This document shows, in pieces, positions 57,041-64,000 of a stretch of DNA of 64,000 nt (position 1 is its first letter; each line of letters starts with the position of its first letter). The translations under genes and the position numbers were made by a program. The notes below the pieces were generated by a model. The model worked only from the letters and a program-made list of their open reading frames with translations, was not told the origin of the DNA and did not search any database. The stretch is from positions 32,001 through 96,000 of the IMG/VR virus record IMGVR_UViG_3300037515_000188, one strand, 5' to 3'. This stretch comes from a virus.

Positions 57041-60028
57041 ATGTTAATAGAATTTATTCAAGGTATTTATAAACAACAAGAAACCAGACCATTTTTAACA
57101 TTAACAGATAATGGTGTGGATTTAAATGTTGATGATTTTCCTACTATTATTACTATGACACATGGTAAAAGTAATTATTTATTTACTGAAGATAAATCTA
57201 TATTAACGGCATGGAAAGGACCATTTTCAAGAAAAAAAAATTCATGGTTATATTGGAATATTAATACATCTACAGGTAAACGAACATTTGGATATACTAC
57301 AATAGACCCATATTTAAATAAAGGATATGGTGACACACTCCCATCCAGACCAACAAAAGGACAACATTTCTTTTTAATTCCTGAAAATAAAATGAAATAT
57401 TTTTCAGGAAAATCATGGAAAACAGTTATAAGAGTATTTGCCGGAGTTGTAAAAGATAATGGAAAATTAGAAATATATCCTAATGGCAGTCAGATAAATC
57501 GTAATATATATACAAATGCTGGACATATTTTATTTGATTATAATAATATCCCTGTTAAAAAATCTGGTAAATTTAATAAAACTGAATTTGTAACAACTGA
57601 AACATTTTTTTCCCCACAAGATGATTTAAATAATAATTATAAAATAGAAAATATTCAAATAAATGCTAGAGCAATAGAACCTATAGCAAAATATCATTGT
57701 ATTAATTTTAAAGGTCCAAAGAAATATGGAATGGCATCCAGATTAAATCCAAAAGAGCCATGTATAGGCATAGCAGTTGAAAAGTTTGATAAAGATAAAA
57801 TAGGTAAAGTATTAACTTATGGTATAATTCAAAATAGAGATTTTTGGAATTTTAAAGAACCATACGGTACTAGTATTTGGGTTGGTGATCATGGTGAAAT
57901 AACTACCATTATTCCTAAAGATACATCTATACAAAATATAGGATATGTAGTTAATAATACTACAGTTTTTATAGATATAAGATATGTAATACAAATGATA
58001 AGACATGATGAAGATTGTATTATACCATCTCCTACTCCAACAACAACTATGACACCTACTCCTACTATAACAACTACTGCGGTTCCTACTCCAACTCCTA
58101 GTCAAACATCTGAAATAACTCCTACACCAACTATTACTTCAACAATTACCTCAATTGTAACTCCAACTGTTACTCTTACAACTACTATAACTCCAACAAT
58201 TACTAATACTATAACTCCAACATTAACAGTCACTCCAACAATTACTAATACAATAACCCCAACAATAACCCCAACAATAACGCCAACTGTAAGTGAAACT
58301 ATAGGATTTCTTTCTGATGATTATATTGTATTCAGGGCAAGTAATGGAGATATTCACTATATGCATGTTGATATTACTTCTGGAATTATAACATTTTTTG
58401 GCGATCCATTTGTTGGTCCTGTAAATAGGACTTTATCATCTGATGGAGAATTTATATTTGTTCCTAGAGGAAATGGTGAAATTTATCAATATGCATGGAA
58501 TGGATCAAATTTAAGTAATAGATTTGGCATAGGAAATCCGGTAATAACAGGAGATCAATATGAAGTTTCTTATGTTATGCCAAATAATATTGGAAATCTT
58601 TTACATGTAGATGAAGATGCTGGGGATGGGTTATCAATATTTTCATATGAAACAGCGCCTCCATATTCATATGGTATTCCAGAAACTTTTAATACAGGAA
58701 ATTCCTTTTGGACAGTTATAATGGACTTTAGAGTCGGATTTGAGGGAATTCCAACATATGGAGATACTATAGTTGTTGGTGGGCAATTTGGAAGCCAAGA
58801 TATCAGATCATTTACAGCTTCTGGAACAACATTAATTGCACATGATGATATAAATATAGGAAGTGTACGTGTAAATATGCATAATATAGCATGGGATAGA
58901 GATACCGGACTTATAGCTAGTTTTAATGATAGTTCAACAATAACTTTTGTACAATTAAATATGACTACAAGAGAACTTTCTAGTTTGGGAACAGGAAATA
59001 CATTAGATACAATTAAAGCAGCAGCATTTACTAATGGGTATCTTTTAACAGTGGAAGAGGTAATAACTGGTGATATACTATTAAACACATATTCAATTTC
59101 TGGAATAACATTGACTCCAATAGATTCATTAAATTATTCCGCAGAACTTACATCAATTGGGGCTAATACTATAATGTTGACAAGTCCATTTACTGATGCG
59201 GTATTTTTAATTCCTAATCAAAGTGATTCTTATATATTTACAGTAGATGATATGGGAAGTATAACAGAAATTGCTAAAGCAGACGTTGGTGGTGTCTCAA
59301 TTGATTATGGAAATCCTGTTGCATTTATAGGTGGGGAATTACCAATAGTACCATCAACACTATTAGATGGATTAATATCGTTTTGGAATTTAGATGAAAT
59401 TTCTGGAACACGAATTGATTCTCATACAAATAATTACGATTTAATTGAAAATGGCACCGTTGGACAAGAAAGTGGAGTTGCTAGTATAAGATTTTCAAGT
59501 TCTACTATTGGTGGGTCTTCAGATCATTTATCAATTTTACAATCTTCTGCTCCGTTATTGTTCCCAACTGATTCAGATTTTACTATATCAGCATGGATAT
59601 ATTTAGACCCGGAGCCAACAACTTTAGATACTGGAATTATATCAAATTGGGATTCGGGGAGCGGTTTTAAAGTGTGGATTCCTCCTGCTTCTTATGAAAT
59701 ACAATGGTTAGTTAATGGATCATTTGTATCGTTCCCGGTTTCATCTGTTTTTATTGCATCTTCATGGAGACATTTCATATTTTATCATGATTCAATTAAT
59801 GATGAAATTGGTATAATATATAATACTGGAACACCGGATGTTGTAGCTCATGCAACTGGTATAAATTCTCCGGGAAGCGCAATACCATTTAAACTTCATC
59901 AATATGGTAGCGGCACATTAAGTTTTGGTGGTCGGTTAGATGATGTTGGTGTTTGGAACCGGTTATTAACTTCAGATGAAATAGAGGAACTGTATCATAA
60001 TGGTGGAAGTTTACCATATCCCGGATAA
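57041..60028 (+). CDS. Large virion protein: conserved N domain, Thr-Pro linker, propeller-like middle, C-terminal LamG
   Basis: FTISAWI..WRH..LDDVGVWNRLLT..EI..LY. Confidence 0.75.
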   Translation: MLIEFIQGIYKQQETRPFLTLTDNGVDLNVDDFPTIITMTHGKSNYLFTEDKSILTAWKGPFSRKKNSWLYWNINTSTGKRTFGYTTIDPYLNKGYGDTLPSRPTKGQHFFLIPENKMKYFSGKSWKTVIRVFAGVVKDNGKLEIYPNGSQINRNIYTNAGHILFDYNNIPVKKSGKFNKTEFVTTETFFSPQDDLNNNYKIENIQINARAIEPIAKYHCINFKGPKKYGMASRLNPKEPCIGIAVEKFDKDKIGKVLTYGIIQNRDFWNFKEPYGTSIWVGDHGEITTIIPKDTSIQNIGYVVNNTTVFIDIRYVIQMIRHDEDCIIPSPTPTTTMTPTPTITTTAVPTPTPSQTSEITPTPTITSTITSIVTPTVTLTTTITPTITNTITPTLTVTPTITNTITPTITPTITPTVSETIGFLSDDYIVFRASNGDIHYMHVDITSGIITFFGDPFVGPVNRTLSSDGEFIFVPRGNGEIYQYAWNGSNLSNRFGIGNPVITGDQYEVSYVMPNNIGNLLHVDEDAGDGLSIFSYETAPPYSYGIPETFNTGNSFWTVIMDFRVGFEGIPTYGDTIVVGGQFGSQDIRSFTASGTTLIAHDDINIGSVRVNMHNIAWDRDTGLIASFNDSSTITFVQLNMTTRELSSLGTGNTLDTIKAAAFTNGYLLTVEEVITGDILLNTYSISGITLTPIDSLNYSAELTSIGANTIMLTSPFTDAVFLIPNQSDSYIFTVDDMGSITEIAKADVGGVSIDYGNPVAFIGGELPIVPSTLLDGLISFWNLDEISGTRIDSHTNNYDLIENGTVGQESGVASIRFSSSTIGGSSDHLSILQSSAPLLFPTDSDFTISAWIYLDPEPTTLDTGIISNWDSGSGFKVWIPPASYEIQWLVNGSFVSFPVSSVFIASSWRHFIFYHDSINDEIGIIYNTGTPDVVAHATGINSPGSAIPFKLHQYGSGTLSFGGRLDDVGVWNRLLTSDEIEELYHNGGSLPYPG

Positions 60029-60044
60029 TTATTTATATTAGTTT

Positions 60045-60510
60045 TTGATATAAATTCTGGTAGATGGGAATTTATATGGGATGATGCGAATAGTACATGG
60101 GTTGAATCGTATGTGACCGTTGGCAGTTGAATGAGACACAAGTTGATGCGCGGACGAATGGTAATCAACAATGGTTTTTAAGATCAGATGCAGAACTAAA
60201 CGGAGTATTTGCAATCTCTCCGACAAGAAGTTATTTGAACTTAGCTTCTGGTGCTGGACAATTACTTGTCTATAATTTGGTTAATTCTTGAGGAATATTT
60301 TCATATAAAAATTTAGCATCTAATTTTGAACTAAAATATATTGGAGATGATACATTCGGAGATGTATGTCATAGTTATATCAGTGAATTTACATATCATA
60401 ATAAATAATTATCAGCATACAAAATACAACAAATATTTGAATCCGGATTTCCAAATTATAATGATTCATATTTAGGCACAACTTTATTATTTTTACCTCG
60501 TCCACCATAA
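60045..60510 (+). pseudogene. Third, start-less fibre cassette remnant
   Basis: DINSGRWEFIWDDANSTWVESYVTVG, 1-nt frameshift, LNETQVDAR, then a different decayed tail. Confidence 0.7.
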
Positions 60511-60574
60511 ATAATAATATTATATTATAAATACAATAAAAGAGATAATATAAATACTATGAAGAACATAGATG

Positions 60575-61770
60575 TTTAGATTCCATTGAGATGAACACAT
60601 ATAAGAGGAACTATGGAAATAAATAATACGCTTTCATTCGTCCGCACGTTTCGTTTCAAAATAAGGCGGGAAGCATATCCGTGGCTGAATTCTGCGGCTA
60701 TGGAAGTGAATAATGTCTGGAATTGGGCTGCCGAAACAAGTAAAAAGGCGGGAAGACCATTTTATGGCAAGACGAAATGGTTGGGTGAATTCGACTTGAA
60801 TAACCTTTCGGCTGGAGCATCGGGGTGTTTCGAACGGATCAATGCTGCTGTGATTCAGCGAATTAATGGTGAATATGATAAGAATCGTCGGGATGCAAAG
60901 AAATTAAAATTGCGCTGGCGTGTAAGCCATGGAAGCGGTAGGTCATTGGGTTGGATTCCATTCAAGACATTAAGTCTAAAACGTAAGGGAAAATATTTAC
61001 GCTTTGCAGGCAAGACATTTCGAGTATTTGAAGCTGAACGGTTAAATGGTATTAAATGGAAAAGTGGTTGTTTTGCACAAGATTCCGTTGGGGATTGGTG
61101 GTTAAATTTATCAGTTGAAATGCAAGTCGAACAAGATATTGCCACAAATGAAATTGTGGGAATTGATTTAGGACTGAAATCCATTGCTACAACCAGTGAC
61201 GGAGATAAATTGGAGGCAGGGAAGTGGACATATAGTTCAGCCGATAAATTGGCAAATGCACAACGGAGAGGGCATAAGAAACAAGCAAAACGGATTCAAC
61301 GGAAAACAGCAAGGCAACGCAAGGATGCCTTGCATAAATTTTCACGGAAGATCGTAAATAATTATCAAAATATAATCGTGGGTGACGTGAGCAGCACAAA
61401 ATTGGTGAAAACACGGATGGCAAAATCCGTGTTGGATTCAGGATGGGGCATGTTCAAGAATTTTCTGGAATATAAGAGCCAGCAGGCAGCCAGATCATTT
61501 TCAATTATCAACGAGAGCTACACAACAAAAGTATGCAACGGCTGTGGAGCCTTAACGGGACCTACAGGTCTGGACATGCTTTCTGTAAGAGCATGGATAT
61601 GCAGTGACTGCGGTGTAGGTCATGATCGGGATGTGAATTCAGCCCTGAATATCCTAGCTCGCGCCGAGTTGTCGGCGTCCGTTTGCGGGAACGAGTCAGT
61701 TGGCTCATCTGTTTCATATCGCCGCCAAGAGGCGGGGATAGAAACGGTGAGACAGGAGGCATGGGCATCG
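60575..61770 (+). mobile_element. tnpB: tnpB-only element (TnpB 60613..61773) inserted at codon 6 of a late gene
   Basis: GIDLG, CNGC..CSDC, DRDVNSALNI; removal restores MKNIDVRVGG. Confidence 0.92.
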
Positions 61771-62546
61771 TGAGAGTAGGTGGTGTACGATTAGAAGATG
61801 GTAAAATTATAGACCTTGTTATAGGAATATTGGATGAGCCTCCTTTATTTGATGCTGTAAATATAGGTAATTTTACATTTAGTTTAAGTGATAAAGTTTT
61901 AAGATTTAATACTGGAGAAAATTTAGTAGCTTTAAATACTTCTATCACAGAAAATCCAAATTTAAAATCTTCATTGGGTAGCAATTGGTTAAATGATGAT
62001 TTATCATTTAATCCCGTTCCATTTAATAATCTTCCAAATATAATTGGATTAGATTCTACAGATAGTTTATTTAATGTAATTGAACAAATTACTGATTTAA
62101 TTGATAATATTAATAATGTTACATTAGAAGATATAAATTTAGAAGATATTATTACCCCGGATATGAGTATATTAGCCTATTTAAGTGGTGATTTAATATT
62201 CGTATCAATAGAACAAGTATTAGAGGGTAGTATAATAAGTCTCGATTTTGATAATTTAGAAGGGTTTAATATAACTGATACTACTACGGGAAACATGATA
62301 ATATTTCAAAATGAAGAATTAATATCAAAAAAAGTTCATTTTAGATATGAAAATTTATCTACTAATGTGGGACATCTGGTAACACATAATTTAAATTCAG
62401 AATATTGTTCTGTGTTTTGTATTAATCCGGCGACCAAATTAAGTATTGTTCCTAGCAGTATAGAATTCGTAAGTACAAATGAATTACTTATTAATTTATC
62501 ATCCGCACAACCATTAATAGCTCTTGTTACTAATTTTAATGTTTAA
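61761..62546 (+). CDS. Late structural protein, restarted from an ATG in the element end
   Basis: Original start 60559 after TATAAATA; C-terminal VTHNL domain. Confidence 0.65.
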   Translation: MGIVRVGGVRLEDGKIIDLVIGILDEPPLFDAVNIGNFTFSLSDKVLRFNTGENLVALNTSITENPNLKSSLGSNWLNDDLSFNPVPFNNLPNIIGLDSTDSLFNVIEQITDLIDNINNVTLEDINLEDIITPDMSILAYLSGDLIFVSIEQVLEGSIISLDFDNLEGFNITDTTTGNMIIFQNEELISKKVHFRYENLSTNVGHLVTHNLNSEYCSVFCINPATKLSIVPSSIEFVSTNELLINLSSAQPLIALVTNFNV

Positions 62547-63415
62547 GCTGCAAATGGAAATTTAATTTCCGGGTGATGTTGATAATTAATTAATTCAAAA
62601 TCATTTACTGTTACCCATGTTTCCAAATCATTTAAATTTTTAATATTTTCATTTATTTTAATTTTTGGCGGATTAAATGATTGACGCAATATTTGTTCCT
62701 TTATTAAATCATATTGATCTTCATAAATATGGGTATCCCCCATAAAATGCGTAAATTTTCCGGGTAAATGATTGGTTATACGAGACATTAAAAGTAATAA
62801 TAATGAATAACTTGCTATATTCATTGGAATTCCTAATGGAACATCATTTGATCTTTGATACATACTTAAATTTAATTTATTGTTAATTAAATGAAATTGG
62901 TAAAAATCATGACAAGGTGGTAATGCCATTTCATCTAATTCTCCCGGATTCCAATGAGTTACAATAAGACGACGATCATCTATATTATTTTCAAGTTTAT
63001 CAATAATTATTTTTAATTGATCTATAATCTCTCCAGAAGGACTAATCCAATTTCTTGCTTGTACTCCATATATACGTCCAAGATCATCTGTTCCTTTTCT
63101 ATTAGGATTATTAATCCAATCTATCGATTCATTAGCATTAGCATTCCAGAAGTTGCAATTTAATTTTCTAAAATCTTTTGCATTATCATAACCTCTTATA
63201 AACCCCAATAATTCACCTACCATGGATTTAAACATTAATTTTTTTGTAGTTATAGCGGGGAAATATCCAGATGATAAATCATATTCACATTTTTCTCCGC
63301 TAATTGTTAAACATTTTTTACCTGTTCTTTCATTTTTAATCCAATACCCATCTATTAATATTTTTTTTATTAATGAATGATATTCATTATCAAATAAGTT
63401 TATATTATTTTCCAT
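62543..63415 (-). CDS. thyA: Thymidylate synthase (frame open up to 63580)
   Basis: ERTG, PPCH, YQRSND, NIASY, DTHIYE. Confidence 0.95.
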   Translation of the reverse strand: MENNINLFDNEYHSLIKKILIDGYWIKNERTGKKCLTISGEKCEYDLSSGYFPAITTKKLMFKSMVGELLGFIRGYDNAKDFRKLNCNFWNANANESIDWINNPNRKGTDDLGRIYGVQARNWISPSGEIIDQLKIIIDKLENNIDDRRLIVTHWNPGELDEMALPPCHDFYQFHLINNKLNLSMYQRSNDVPLGIPMNIASYSLLLLLMSRITNHLPGKFTHFMGDTHIYEDQYDLIKEQILRQSFNPPKIKINENIKNLNDLETWVTVNDFELINYQHHPEIKFPFAA

Positions 63416-63831
63416 TTTGTATCCTTTAAAATTATAATTTTCCCTCCCAACTAAATAATAATCCATTTGAGATAAATGTTCAAGACATTTTTCATTTAAA
63501 TCAGGGCAATGTTTTTTAACTATTGAAATACAATCTTCTGAATTATCAGGACATATTTTATTTAAAAAATCATTTTTCATAATTATTTTAAATCAGTATA
63601 ATTATCCTTATTTAAAAAACTAGCTACAAAATTAACAAATGCAGTAAATCTATCTGGAAAATATATTGCCGAAAAAATTGCTAAAGCACTTCCTATTAAA
63701 ATACCAAGAAATATCATAATAATTACTCCTATATTGTATAATATATTTATAATTGATTTTATCATGTGTTATTTTTTCTTATAAATATTTAAGTATAAAA
63801 TAATAAATATATAAAGATTAGGAGTATATTA

Positions 63832-64000
63832 ATGAAAGATACAATGGAAATATCAATGATTGGTCATATAATAATAAAAGATGAGACAAATAATAAAATT
63901 ATAACCGACCAATATAATGCCATACATCCACAAAATATGTCTAGAATTTTAGCCAGAGCATTATCTAATGAACAAAATTCTTACATAAGAAGAATGGCTT
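63832..64000 (+). CDS. Partial late structural protein
   Basis: AGGAG RBS, ATAAATA upstream, open to window end. Confidence 0.6.
   Translation, partial: MKDTMEISMIGHIIIKDETNNKIITDQYNAIHPQNMSRILARALSNEQNSYIRRMA

Noticed and set aside
47791-60510. Diversity-generating retroelement acting on the fibre repeats
   Set aside because: No reverse transcriptase in the window and differences between copies are not adenine-specific

Overview
AT-rich segment of a large (probably jumbo, T4-like-regulated) tailed phage genome read in genetic code 11. 1-19.2 kb (+): a nucleotidyltransferase split by an intron-less HNH gene, tRNA-Met/Ile2(CAT), tRNA-Lys, and dozens of small early genes (Fic, Lar, RadC/JAB, LPD29-like, ArdA-like), many with their own sigma70 promoter, interspersed with at least four promoter-driven structured non-coding RNA candidates. 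19.6-25.5 kb (-): an unusual array of about 36 head-to-tail paralogous 45-70 aa mini-ORFs joined by one conserved start/stop motif, back-to-back with three tandem T7 gp0.7-like kinases. 27-45 kb: ASCH pair, DUF285 repeat protein, papain-like peptidase, exonuclease, DNA ligase, GMP reductase, tRNA-Gly, lysozyme. 45-62.5 kb: late structural genes with mucin-like Thr-Pro repeats next to two glycosyltransferase-like genes, a 465-bp inverted duplication of a fibre N-terminus with three alternative C-termini, and thyA. Two full tnpB elements, one promoter-equipped tnpB-less derivative (candidate stand-alone omegaRNA locus) and a 13-bp end remnant are present. All calls come from reading the sequence and recalled motifs; no database searches were run.
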